From contig NZ_JANJZT010000018.1 of the NCBI RefSeq assembly GCF_024622975.1, forward strand, positions 56,610-80,609: a DNA stretch of 24,000 nucleotides. The letters are read 5' to 3'. This DNA is from Blautia caecimuris. GTDB taxonomy: Bacteria; Bacillota; Clostridia; Lachnospirales; Lachnospiraceae. Each line of letters starts with the position of its first letter. The first letter of the stretch is position 1. Below are positions 1 through 8,103 of this stretch, in pieces. Position numbers and translations under genes: made by a program. The notes below the pieces were generated by a model. The model saw only the letters and a program-made list of their open reading frames with translations. It ran no database searches and was not told where the DNA came from.

Positions 1-330
1 GTGGAGAGAGGTCAACATCCACAGTTCCTGTGCATAACCGAGTGCTGTCGGCCTCTGACAAGCAATATGGATCATCCATGCTTTCGCATCATCGGTAATT
101 TCCAACGGATGTCCAGGACGCTGAACATCAAACAGCGCAGCATCTAAACCGCCTTTCTGAAACTTTGAAACACAAAGGCGTACCGTTGCGGTACTGATTG
201 CAAGTTTATCAGCAATTTGCTGGAATGTCATTCCATCGGCTTTATATAAAAGGATTCTGGCATGATCCACAACTTGCGCCTGAATGGTTCTCTTTTTGTA
301 TAATAATTTTTCACAAATCTCTGGCTTCAT
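1..330 (-). CDS. IS630-family transposase, N-terminal part (ORF continues beyond window start)
   Basis: Hand translation of the minus strand from the ATG at 330 gives 110 codons open to the window edge: MKPEICEKLLYKKRTIQAQVVDHARILLYKADGMTFQQIADKLAISTATVRLCVSKFQKGGLDAALFDVQRPGHPLEITDDAKAWMIHIACQRPTALGYAQELWMLTSLH. The HTH, the 'RPGxP' linker and the second wHTH pattern are typical of IS630 N-termini. An in-frame TGA lies just upstream of the ATG. It is missing from the ORF track because it is truncated by the window. Confidence 0.75.
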   Translation of the reverse strand, partial: MKPEICEKLLYKKRTIQAQVVDHARILLYKADGMTFQQIADKLAISTATVRLCVSKFQKGGLDAALFDVQRPGHPLEITDDAKAWMIHIACQRPTALGYAQELWMLTSLH

Positions 331-660
331 TTGACAGAGGAAGATATGTTTTTCTCATAGTGTTCATCCTTTCTTAGATAACACTATTTGACCACACATT
401 ATCCTTGAAATATATAGCAGAAATTTAATTTATTCCATGCTAGTATCAAATGTTGATACAGGGTCTGGAAATCGTTGCCAGACATCCTATAGAAGAAGTT
501 CCTGATACTGAATTCTCGTTGTGATTTTGTGCAAAACATAGAAAATAAAATCCTTTTCATACATTGCGTGTTTTATTTTGGATTTATAATGATTTTTCTG
601 AGGAAAGACGTTATAATAGAAGCAGCAGTTATTATCATAAAAACAAAGGAGAAGTTTATT

Positions 661-1953
661 ATGAAACAGGACATGATTGTAATTCTTGACCTGGGAAGTA
701 CCGAAAATACGGTAATTGCCCGTGATATCCGCAGCCTTGGTGTATACAGCGAGATTCATCCCCATGATATTACCCCGGACGAGCTGAAAGCTCTTGATAA
801 TGTAAAAGGAATTATTCTCAATGGTGGCGAGAACAGAATTGTAGATGGAAAGCCGGTAGTGATCCGTCCGGAGCTTTATGATCTGGGATATCCTATGATT
901 TCTGTAGATTATCCGGAGTCCCAGTGCGATGTGAAGTTTGATAAGCTTCCGGATCAGGATACGCTGAAAAAATTTGTTTTTGAAACCTGTAAGGCAGAGC
1001 CGAACTGGAACATGAAGAACTTTATCGAAGATCAGGTAGAGCTGATCCGCAGACAGGTGGGCGATAAAAAAGTTCTTCTGGCTTTGTCAGGAGGCGTAGA
1101 TTCTTCAGTTGTTGCAGCCCTTCTGATAAAAGCTATCGGTCAGCAGCTTGTATGCGTTCATGTAAACCATGGACTGATGCGTAAAAACGAGTCAGAAAGT
1201 GTTGTTCAGGTATTTCGTGATCAGCTTCACGCAAATCTTGTCTATGTAGATGCATCAGAACGTTTCCTTGGAAAACTGAAAAATGTTGCAGATCCTGAGG
1301 AAAAAAGAAAAATCATCGGTGGAGAATTTATCCGCGTATTTGAAGAAGAAGCAAGAAAGCTGGAAGGAATCGAATTCCTTGGACAGGGAACTATTTATCC
1401 GGATATCATCGAGAGCGGAACAAAGACAGCTAAATGCGTAAAATCTCATCACAATGTAGGAGGACTTCCGGAAGATCTTCAGTTTGAGCTGGTAGAGCCT
1501 CTGGCACAGCTGTTCAAAGATGAAGTTCGTGCCTGCGGTCTGGAACTTGGACTTCCGGTAGAAATGGTTTACCGTCAGCCGTTCCCGGGACCGGGACTTG
1601 GCGTAAGATGTCTTGGTGCAATTACCCGTGACCGTCTGGAAGCACTGCGTGAATCTGATGCGATTCTTCGCGAAGAATTTGCCAAAACAGGACTGGATAA
1701 GAAAGTATGGCAGTATTTTACTGTAGTACCGGATTTCAAGGCTGTAGGTGTAAGAGATAATGCAAGAAGTATGGGCTATATGGTAGTGATCAGAGCTGTC
1801 AATACCATTGATGCCATGACTGCATCCATTGAAAGAATCGATTATGATATTCTGGAAAGAATCTGCGCCAGAATTACAGCAGAGGTTCCAAGCGTCAGCA
1901 GAGTATGCTATGAGATTACACCGAAGCCGGTGGCAACGATAGAGTTTGAATAG
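661..1953 (+). CDS. guaA: GMP synthase-like protein: intact ATP-pyrophosphatase and dimerisation domains, truncated and degenerate GATase domain
   Basis: ATG at 661 is preceded by AAGGAGAAG (647-655); the track start at 529 has no RBS and adds a junk-like leader. P-loop SGGVDSS, KSHHNVGGLP, FPGPGLGVR and the C-terminal ATIEFE match GuaA. The N-terminal ~130 aa align to the GATase fold but lack the catalytic residues (see finding). Confidence 0.85.
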   Translation: MKQDMIVILDLGSTENTVIARDIRSLGVYSEIHPHDITPDELKALDNVKGIILNGGENRIVDGKPVVIRPELYDLGYPMISVDYPESQCDVKFDKLPDQDTLKKFVFETCKAEPNWNMKNFIEDQVELIRRQVGDKKVLLALSGGVDSSVVAALLIKAIGQQLVCVHVNHGLMRKNESESVVQVFRDQLHANLVYVDASERFLGKLKNVADPEEKRKIIGGEFIRVFEEEARKLEGIEFLGQGTIYPDIIESGTKTAKCVKSHHNVGGLPEDLQFELVEPLAQLFKDEVRACGLELGLPVEMVYRQPFPGPGLGVRCLGAITRDRLEALRESDAILREEFAKTGLDKKVWQYFTVVPDFKAVGVRDNARSMGYMVVIRAVNTIDAMTASIERIDYDILERICARITAEVPSVSRVCYEITPKPVATIEFE

Positions 1954-1960
1954 TTGGAGC

Positions 1961-2008
1961 AGAGCTTCAAAGCCTTTATTTTCAAGGGTTTTGAGGCTCT
2001 TTCCTTTT
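1961..2008 (+). terminator. Rho-independent terminator of guaA
   Basis: A 14-bp stem pairs AGAGCTTCAAAGCC (1961-1974) with GGTTTTGAGGCTCT (1987-2000), including two G:U pairs on the + strand. The loop is 12 nt and TTCCTTTT follows. Confidence 0.7.
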
Positions 2009-2011
2009 AGA

Positions 2012-2034
2012 ATTGCATTTTGATTGCATTTTTT
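2012..2034. repeat. ICE junction repeat, guaA-proximal (attL/attR core candidate)
   Basis: ATTGCATTTTGATTGCATTTTTT matches 21261-21283 (ATTGCATTTTTATTGCATTTTTT) at 22 of 23 positions. Both copies are themselves an internal tandem of ATTGCATTTT. Confidence 0.6.
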
Positions 2035-3218
2035 TATTCAACTGCTCTGTGATAGATTGCTGTATGCTGATTGCTGGTGTAATCGGCAACACTGGTTGTT
2101 GCCGGAGTATAAGTGAGAACACCAGTTAATTTTTTGGCAACTTCCACGTTGGTGTTGGGATATAAATGTCCATAGGTTCCTAACGTAGTCTGTATCTTTT
2201 CATGCCCCAGACGTTCTTTAATCAATAAAGGATTTTCACCCATACTGATGAGCAGGGAAGCATGGGAATGTCTGAGTGCATGAATCTTGATACGGTGTAC
2301 GCCTGCCAATCCAGCAAGTTTTTCTAATGCCCGTGGGAGGGTGTGCTTACTGGTGGGAATCCCATTGTAGCTTAGTACAAGGTCGCAGCCCTTTAAAACC
2401 TTTTGCTGTACTTCCTGCCATGCTTTCAATTCTTTGATGGTATCTGTGTCAATATAGATAGTGCGAATACTGGCTTGTGTCTTTGGCTCCACAAATTTGT
2501 ATTCGTCCATTGTTTTATAGTACAGCGTTTTTGTTATACTTAAAAGTCCGGTTTCAAAGTTGATGTCCGACCATTGCAGGGCTGCGGCTTCTCCGATTCT
2601 CATTCCGGTCATAAACAGGAGCCAGTATGAAATGAAAAGGTAATGTTCGTAATAATCTCCCTTGTAGAGCAGGGAAATTACCTTTTGAAATTCATCCAGT
2701 GTCCAGAAATCCACTTTTGTTTTCTTGCTCTTGATGTTTCCTATCATTCGTGATGGATTTTTCTTTGCAAGACCGAGAACAACTGCTCTGTCAAAGGCAA
2801 TAGAGAGCATACCCTGTACAATACGGATATAGTTTGGACTAAATTCTTTTGCGAGTTCAAGCTGCCAGTTCTGGACGTTAATGGGTTCTATCTCATCCAC
2901 CGTCATTTTGTAAAAGTATGAAAAATGCTTCTGAATGGTAGAACGGCGGTTCAGATAGGTGCTTTCCTTTACTTGTGTTTTATACCAAGGAAGATAAGTT
3001 TCCTCAATAAACTGTTGAAAAGATAGTTGCTGTTTCTTTTCTGTTAATTCCTCTGTGGATGTCAGCATAAGTTTTGAATATGCTTCTCTGGCTTCTTTTT
3101 TTGTCTTGAATCCACTTTTGTATTTCTGAATTTGTTTTCCGGTAATCGGATGAAAACCTAAGTTTGCTCTAAAATAATAAGTTCCGTTTTCTGCTTTCTT
3201 AATAGGGTCTTTTGCCAT
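2034..3218 (-). CDS. int: Tyrosine integrase (Tn916 Int-like, with an AP2-like N-terminal arm-binding domain)
   Basis: ATG at 3218 is preceded by AGGAGTGA. The N-terminus NGTYYFRANLGFHPITGKQIQKYKSGFKTKKEAREAY resembles the integrase AP2-type domain. Catalytic signature: TGMRIGEAAAL (Arg), HALRHSHASLL (H-x-x-R) and LGTYGHLY (Tyr). Confidence 0.95.
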   Translation of the reverse strand: MAKDPIKKAENGTYYFRANLGFHPITGKQIQKYKSGFKTKKEAREAYSKLMLTSTEELTEKKQQLSFQQFIEETYLPWYKTQVKESTYLNRRSTIQKHFSYFYKMTVDEIEPINVQNWQLELAKEFSPNYIRIVQGMLSIAFDRAVVLGLAKKNPSRMIGNIKSKKTKVDFWTLDEFQKVISLLYKGDYYEHYLFISYWLLFMTGMRIGEAAALQWSDINFETGLLSITKTLYYKTMDEYKFVEPKTQASIRTIYIDTDTIKELKAWQEVQQKVLKGCDLVLSYNGIPTSKHTLPRALEKLAGLAGVHRIKIHALRHSHASLLISMGENPLLIKERLGHEKIQTTLGTYGHLYPNTNVEVAKKLTGVLTYTPATTSVADYTSNQHTAIYHRAVE

Positions 3219-3254
3219 GATTTCACTCCTTACATAAATGTGCAAGAAGTACAA

Positions 3255-3449
3255 TCAGTTTGATTTATCAGTAAAAGTAATCCCTAGCAATTCTTCCACA
3301 GCTTCTCTGGGAACCCTGTCCAGTTTGCGTGACTGATAGTAGGTATGCCCTTTTGAAATCATAAGTTTTTTTGCTTCTCTTATGATGTCTGCTGCGAATG
3401 AAGTTCCATAACCCAGTTCTATTAAGTCTTTTTTTGTTACTGTAATCAT
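3255..3449 (-). CDS. Small DNA-binding protein upstream of int, putative excisionase or directionality factor (DUF3173-like)
   Basis: ATG at 3449 is preceded by AAAGGAGGAAC. The 64-aa product is MITVTKKDLIELGYGTSFAADIIREAKKLMISKGHTYYQSRKLDRVPREAVEELLGI... Its stop is adjacent to the int start region, in the xis position of Tn916. The family name is from memory only. Confidence 0.6.
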   Translation of the reverse strand: MITVTKKDLIELGYGTSFAADIIREAKKLMISKGHTYYQSRKLDRVPREAVEELLGITFTDKSN

Positions 3450-3589
3450 GTTCCTCCTTTCCATAGACCAGATATGGAACCCTCAATATCTGTCTATATT
3501 ATATCAGATTTTGTGGCAAAAGTAATATTAAGATTGTATTTCCTGCAAATAGTTATTTGATTTTGAATGAAAAATTCTAATTCAAAATG

Positions 3590-4010
3590 GTGTCTAAGCA
3601 AGCCGAACAGCTTTCGCTAAAGCTCATGGGAATCTCACCCCTGCATGGTTCTCATCCAGCCGTACCCTTTGCCAGCGGTGCTACATCATCACACGGACTA
3701 AGGCTGTACGGAAGTATCATTATCACGATAGAAAGGTCATGGCGGCAGCTCTGCGGTAAGCTACTTATGGAACGCTGGCAGGAATCGCTATCCGGTATCA
3801 TCCCTCCTTTGGTGGGTTACGGCGTGCCAGCCCAACGGCTCTCTTTCTATCGAAACGTATTCGGCTGCTTTATGCTGCGTTGATTAGACGCTTTCTTTTT
3901 CAAGGAACAATCCGGCTTTGTCAGCCTGTTAAAATGCACTGGTGATAATGCACTTTAATAGACTGGCAAGCTCTGTCTGGGAAGCATGGGTTTGTCCACG
4001 CTTCCACAGG
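3590..4010 (-). other. ORF-free, stem-rich block (candidate structured RNA or single-strand origin); function unknown
   Basis: No credible ORF on either strand; the 98-aa + ORF has no RBS and a junk-like sequence. There are many local stems, e.g. AGCTTT/AAAGCT at 3609-3624 and GGAAGCATGG/CCACGCTTCC at about 3980-4005, whose single mismatch is G:U only on the minus strand. The block occupies the orf5 position of Tn916. Confidence 0.3.
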
Positions 4011-4022
4011 CGAGCGTTATTT

Positions 4023-4262
4023 CTAGTTTGGTTCCCTGATTTCAAAAGATAAAATCTTTGCAATCAGACGTGTTTCCATCCGGCGGCGTAGGGTTTCATC
4101 TACAACCATGTGGGTATTTCCATATTCGTCTTTCATGGGACGCATGGAACGGCTGGCAATAAAACCACTGTAATGGCGTACAATCTGGTTGACTGCTTCA
4201 ATATCGCCGTCCGTAGCTCTTACAATCACAGGAAACGGAATCATAGGGTGCTTTGCTGTCAT
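4023..4262 (-). CDS. Tn916 Orf8-like conjugative-transposon HTH protein
   Basis: 79 aa. The pattern ATDGDIEAVNQIVRHYSGFIASRS...DEYGN...VDETLRRRMETRLIAKILSFE matches the Orf8 / HTH_16 family. Its start overlaps the upstream stop (ATGA at 4259-4262). Confidence 0.75.
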   Translation of the reverse strand: MTAKHPMIPFPVIVRATDGDIEAVNQIVRHYSGFIASRSMRPMKDEYGNTHMVVDETLRRRMETRLIAKILSFEIREPN

Positions 4263-4681
4263 GCTTCGTCCTCCATAAATTTTTTGATAAATTCCAGTCC
4301 GGCGTGTCTTCTTCTCTGGATGGTAGAACGGTTGACTTCCAGAATTTTTGAGATTTCCGTATCGTCAAATCCAAGAAAATAATATCGCAGAATAACGTCA
4401 CGTTTCTTTCCGTCCAGACTTTCTAATGCTTCGGCTAACAGGCTGTTTTCAATGCGGACAGTAAATCCATCCATTTCAAAAGTATGGAAGTGGGATGGAT
4501 AGGTGTCTTCGGAAGAAAACAGATTGACGGTGTAATCGTCCATATCACAGAACAGGGTTTCCCGTTTACACTGTCTGGACAACGCTTTGAGATAGTCTTT
4601 GCGTTCATCCTCCATAGCGACTTTACAGATATAATCAAACTGGTTCTCTATGGTTGTCTGAAATTCAGATGGCTTCATCAT
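4259..4681 (-). CDS. Tn916 Orf7-like sigma-70 region-4 family protein
   Basis: 140 aa. The C-terminal LRYYFLGFDDTEISKILEVNRSTIQRRRHAGLEFIKK is a sigma region-4 HTH. An RBS AAGGGGGTG lies upstream of ATGATG (4681/4678). Confidence 0.8.
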   Translation of the reverse strand: MMKPSEFQTTIENQFDYICKVAMEDERKDYLKALSRQCKRETLFCDMDDYTVNLFSSEDTYPSHFHTFEMDGFTVRIENSLLAEALESLDGKKRDVILRYYFLGFDDTEISKILEVNRSTIQRRRHAGLEFIKKFMEDEA

Positions 4682-4828
4682 TGTTCACCCCCTTTCCAGC
4701 CTTGAAAGGGAGCGAGTTGATAGGAATTTCTGCTTCTTTCCCCCTTTTCGCTCTTAGTCCCGACAGGACAGGGGGTGCAGTTGCGTTTTGAAAAGAAAAA
4801 TTTAAAAACTTTTTCTTCCAACTAAAAA

Positions 4829-4863
4829 AGCACGCAAACAGACGATATTTCTGTTTGTGTGCT
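4829..4863 (-). terminator. Hairpin with U-tract upstream of the sigma gene (leaky terminator or attenuator candidate)
   Basis: A 13-bp stem pairs AGCACGCAAACAG with CTGTTTGTGTGCT and has one non-Watson-Crick position. On the minus strand TTTTTT follows the hairpin (+ strand A-run 4824-4829). The odd pair is A:C on the minus strand and G:U on the + strand. Confidence 0.5.
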
Positions 4864-4915
4864 TTGATAGTTCTTTCTATGTATTCTGAAAAACCACATT
4901 GAGGGTCAGACTTTT

Positions 4916-4984
4916 CTAGTGTAGGTAGATGGCTTTTTTTAACGGTTTACCGAATGTAGATATATTTAAGAAAATATTTTGCAT
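4916..4984 (-). CDS. Candidate 22-codon leader peptide (MQNIFLNISTFGKPLKKAIYLH)
   Basis: AGGAGGA lies 7 nt before the ATG at 4984. That SD sits in the loop of a perfect 7-bp hairpin, GCGGCTT/AAGCCGC (4986-5007). The ORF lies between two hairpin/U-tract elements upstream of the sigma gene. It is too short for the ORF track. Confidence 0.3.
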   Translation of the reverse strand: MQNIFLNISTFGKPLKKAIYLH

Positions 4985-5054
4985 AGCGGCTTCCTCCTGT
5001 AAGCCGCCGGAGCCTAAAAAAAGCTGACTTTAATACAACCTCCATATATTCTGG

Positions 5055-5092
5055 GAAAAAGAAAGACGGCGGCTTTTGTCAAACCGTCGTCT
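5055..5092 (-). terminator. Hairpin with T-rich tail on the minus strand (weak terminator candidate)
   Basis: A 9-bp stem pairs AGACGGCGG (5064-5072) with CCGTCGTCT (5084-5092) and has one odd pair (A:C on minus, G:U on plus). On the minus strand TTCTTTTTCCC follows. Confidence 0.4.
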
Positions 5093-5257
5093 GGAAAGAT
5101 TTATGAGATTTTGACGCAAGAAAAGTGTACTGCCAAATAACGGTTTTTTTTATTTCCGTTTCAGCAGCATAGTTTTATCTTTGATACGCATAATAGGAAC
5201 TGTACAACTATACAATACGTTTTTCTATACCTGTCACTATTATAACAGGAACAGTAA

Positions 5258-5654
<397 letters not shown>

Positions 5655-5667
5655 AATTGCAGTGATA

Positions 5668-6363
5668 TTAGAATTGATACTCTGCAATATTTTTGAAATC
5701 ATTGTTCAACACATAATATACCTTATTTTTAGCAACGGAATATATAAAAGAAACTCTGGTTGCCCAAAGTCCTTCCTGACGTACTGACCTAAGTACATCA
5801 AAGGCGTTGGAAATAGAGAAGTTTTCTCCATATCCTTGCAGTAAATCCTTTGCCTTTTCATATCTGTTATCCCCAGATAAAACATATGGATTAGTCAATT
5901 CTGGTTTTAAAATGGAGTAATTTGTTATTAAGGAATATTTTTCTTTTTCCAAGCGATACCCAATCCCCGGTTCAATAATGAGAACACGCCCATTTCTATC
6001 CGAAAACATAGCCTGCATAGTAGTGTCAGGTGCATAAGTAATTTTCTTTTTTTTCACTATTTCCAATGAATCGTCAAAAGAGAGATTGCCTTTTATAAAG
6101 TTTTCTGTCAAATCAGCTATTGTATAGCATGATTTATTACCGCAAAATTGTGCATTGTCATTTCCATGTACATACAACAATGTGCCAACATTCCCATTTC
6201 TATTGATTCCGTGAAAAGAGTGGTACTTATTATCGGACATTTTTATCCCTATAAAAAAACGGTCTTTTTCGGCAATTACAGTATGTTCCCATTCAGAAAG
6301 GTCAATATCAAAATTGAACCCAACAATGGTTTCTTTTCCATTATACACAAATCTTGTACACAT
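5668..6363 (-). CDS. Compact Cys-Ntn hydrolase, choloylglycine hydrolase (BSH/penicillin V acylase) family-like
   Basis: 231 aa starting MCT (Cys2 nucleophile). GFNFD, NRNGNVGTLL, FSDRNGRVLIIEP, LITNYS and GDNRYEKA occur in the same order as the conserved BSH/PVA blocks. RBS is AAAGGA. The gene is AT-rich relative to the backbone. Confidence 0.7.
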   Translation of the reverse strand: MCTRFVYNGKETIVGFNFDIDLSEWEHTVIAEKDRFFIGIKMSDNKYHSFHGINRNGNVGTLLYVHGNDNAQFCGNKSCYTIADLTENFIKGNLSFDDSLEIVKKKKITYAPDTTMQAMFSDRNGRVLIIEPGIGYRLEKEKYSLITNYSILKPELTNPYVLSGDNRYEKAKDLLQGYGENFSISNAFDVLRSVRQEGLWATRVSFIYSVAKNKVYYVLNNDFKNIAEYQF

Positions 6364-6407
6364 ATTTGTATTTCCTTTCGTAAACTAATTTTAATAGTAT
6401 AAAAACT

Positions 6408-6423
6408 AATTACATTAGTAATT
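6408..6423. promoter_or_regulatory. Candidate TetR operator (inverted repeat AATTAC-N4-GTAATT)
   Basis: The inverted repeat at 6408-6413 / 6418-6423 abuts or overlaps the -10 of the hydrolase promoter. A direct repeat AAACTAATT occurs at 6382-6390 and 6403-6411. Confidence 0.35.
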
Positions 6424-6449
6424 TTAAATATTATAAGACTGTTTGTCAA
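6421..6449 (-). promoter_or_regulatory. Sigma-70-type promoter of the hydrolase gene
   Basis: On the minus strand: TTGACA (6449-6444), a 17-nt spacer, then TAAAAT (6426-6421). Confidence 0.55.
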
Positions 6450-6479
6450 TACAAGAGTTCATTTTTTCTAACCAAATTA

Positions 6480-6508
6480 TTGACTTCGTTAATTTGATTA
6501 CTTAAAAT
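6480..6508 (+). promoter_or_regulatory. Sigma-70-type promoter of the TetR gene
   Basis: TTGACT (6480-6485), a 17-nt spacer, then TAAAAT (6503-6508). Confidence 0.6.
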
Positions 6509-6542
6509 GAAGTAAATGATGTGTAGAAAGAGGAAAATGAAT

Positions 6543-7103
6543 ATGCGAGTTACAAAAGCCGAAGTTATAAAAACTGCTTCTGATATGGCTGATAGAAATG
6601 GACTTCATAATGTTTCTTTGAAAGCTATTGCTGAAAATTTAGGGATTCGTACCCCCTCCTTATATAATCATATAGGAAGTTTGGATGAACTTCTTAGGGA
6701 GATAGCACATAGTGGTATGCGTACTATGAATGAAAAAATGATTCGTACAGCAATCGGTAAGACAGGAGATTCAGCATTAAAATTAGTGGCAGTTGAATAT
6801 CTTAATTATATGATTGAACATCCCGGTGTTTATGAAATAATTCAATGGGCTAGTTGGAATGGAACAGAGGAAACAGCAATGATTTTTAATGATTATCTAT
6901 CTTTACTTAAAACACTTATTTGCTCATGTGGCTTTAATCCAGATAAGACCACTGAAATTTTGAACATGGTAACAGGTATGCTTCATGGTTATACAACTTT
7001 ACAATTAAGATATGCTTTTTCTAATCCTGATAAAGTAAGAAAAGAATTATCCGAAGCAATTGACACACTACTATTGGGAGCTAATCAAAAATATAAAGAC
7101 TAA
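6543..7103 (+). CDS. TetR/AcrR-family transcriptional regulator
   Basis: The N-terminal HTH is VIKTASDMADRNGLHNVSLKAIAENLGIRTPSLYNHIGSLDELL. The ATG at 6543 lies 8 nt after AAAGAGGA; the upstream ATGs at 6516, 6519 and 6537 have poor spacing. Confidence 0.9.
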   Translation: MRVTKAEVIKTASDMADRNGLHNVSLKAIAENLGIRTPSLYNHIGSLDELLREIAHSGMRTMNEKMIRTAIGKTGDSALKLVAVEYLNYMIEHPGVYEIIQWASWNGTEETAMIFNDYLSLLKTLICSCGFNPDKTTEILNMVTGMLHGYTTLQLRYAFSNPDKVRKELSEAIDTLLLGANQKYKD

Positions 7104-7132
7104 TGATAAATTTTAAAAAGAAATACTTTATA

Positions 7133-7174
7133 AGAGAAACGTGCAAATCTCAAATGAGAAATGCACGTTTCTCT
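7133..7174. terminator. Bidirectional terminator between the convergent TetR and orf13-like genes
   Basis: A perfect 13-bp stem pairs AGAGAAACGTGCA with TGCACGTTTCTCT. A T-rich tract follows on the minus strand (TTATAAAGTATTTCTTTTT). Confidence 0.7.
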
Positions 7175-7178
7175 ATAA

Positions 7179-8087
7179 CTATTTCACAATCTTCCAGTTT
7201 TCCCCGTTCTTTTCCAGCACAAGGTCAAACTGAGATACCTGTGTTGTCATGGTCTGGTTGTCCAGATATTTTACTGCTAGGGAAGCGTTCACCTGATTTC
7301 CGTTTCGGTTGTAGACCGGACTCACCAGTTCGGAGAAAATATACTCTTTTCCCACAGGTTTCAGTACGCCCTCATTCACATAATAGGTCAGCTCCTTTGC
7401 GGTTGCCGTAGGGTACAGCTTGAAAAAGGTGGTGAGAAATTCGTTGATTTCCTCCGTAGTGATAGAATCCACCGTACCGTCACTTTGTACCGCTTTTGGC
7501 GTATAGCCGGATTTTATGGGAATGCTGGTAATGGTTGGGTTCTGGATAATCGTCAGGTTTCCAGAGCCGTCCACATAGACCGTCACCTGATAGGCGGAAC
7601 GGACGGTTTTACCGGATTCTCCCTCTGTAATACGCTGTTCCACTGTATAGGTTACTTGATAATGCTGCTCTTTTTCTTCTATGATTTCCCATATCTGAAA
7701 ATCGGTCAGGGCAGACGATACGGGGATGTCCTTTCGGACAGTATCTACATTCAGGGCTTGCAGCTCTCCGGTGAGATAGCCTTTTAAAGCATTTGTCCGG
7801 TTGTCAATGGAAGCGGCGGACTGTCCCCATGAATAGTAGACTTCTGCGAAATTCTCCACAAAGTTTTCTATCTTGTGGGTGTCGAGGATTTGTTCCTCAA
7901 TCACTTTCGTTTCATGGACAGTGTGAATGTCTATCGCCGTGAAATTCTTATAGACGGCAAACAGGAAGCTCACTGCCAGCAGCACCCACAGGGCAATCAC
8001 GGTTTTCTTGTGGGTATTGACTTTGTAGACTTTCAGCTTCTTTTCTTTCTGCTTTTTCTGGTTTTCCTCTTTTCTAATCTGAATCAT
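7179..8087 (-). CDS. Conjugal transfer protein, Tn916 Orf13 / TcpC-like (single N-terminal TM helix)
   Basis: 302 aa. A basic N-terminus is followed by the TM helix VIALWVLLAVSFLFAVY and an extracytoplasmic domain. Position and size match orf13. Confidence 0.75.
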   Translation of the reverse strand: MIQIRKEENQKKQKEKKLKVYKVNTHKKTVIALWVLLAVSFLFAVYKNFTAIDIHTVHETKVIEEQILDTHKIENFVENFAEVYYSWGQSAASIDNRTNALKGYLTGELQALNVDTVRKDIPVSSALTDFQIWEIIEEKEQHYQVTYTVEQRITEGESGKTVRSAYQVTVYVDGSGNLTIIQNPTITSIPIKSGYTPKAVQSDGTVDSITTEEINEFLTTFFKLYPTATAKELTYYVNEGVLKPVGKEYIFSELVSPVYNRNGNQVNASLAVKYLDNQTMTTQVSQFDLVLEKNGENWKIVK

Positions 8088-8103
8088 ATCGGTTCATCCT
8101 TTC

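Noticed and set aside
331-660. Possible purine riboswitch or T-box upstream of guaA
   Set aside because: I looked for the conserved guanine-riboswitch junction sequences and three-helix layout and did not find them. Only a 7-bp palindrome (GTATCAA-ATG-TTGATAC at 443-459) and weak -10-like hexamers are present.
487-765. 92-aa minus-strand ORF and the 529 start extension of guaA
   Set aside because: Both lie in the AT-rich guaA promoter/leader and are low-complexity. The real guaA start at 661 has a proper RBS and aligns with GuaA N-termini.
2012-2034. Tandem ATTGCATTTT units as a CRISPR or minisatellite array
   Set aside because: There are only two units per site, with no spacers. The pattern is explained by the ICE junction repeat.
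3609-3624. GNRA (GAAA) tetraloop reading of AGCGAAAGCT on the minus strand
   Set aside because: That reading needs a stem of only 3 bp. The competing 6-bp AGCTTT/AAAGCT helix with an AGCG loop is more stable, so I do not claim a GNRA motif.
3650-3800. 49-codon minus-strand ORF (MIPDSDSCQRS...) preceded by AAAGGAGGG
   Set aside because: The SD abuts the ATG directly with no spacer, and the peptide looks random. The GGAGG is more likely part of an RNA or DNA structure.
3587-3883. 98-aa plus-strand ORF in the gap between orf8 and xis
   Set aside because: It has no Shine-Dalgarno sequence upstream. It lies antisense to the operon, and the sequence (rich in S, G, L and R, with no domain-like pattern) looks like a chance ORF in a stem-rich non-coding block.
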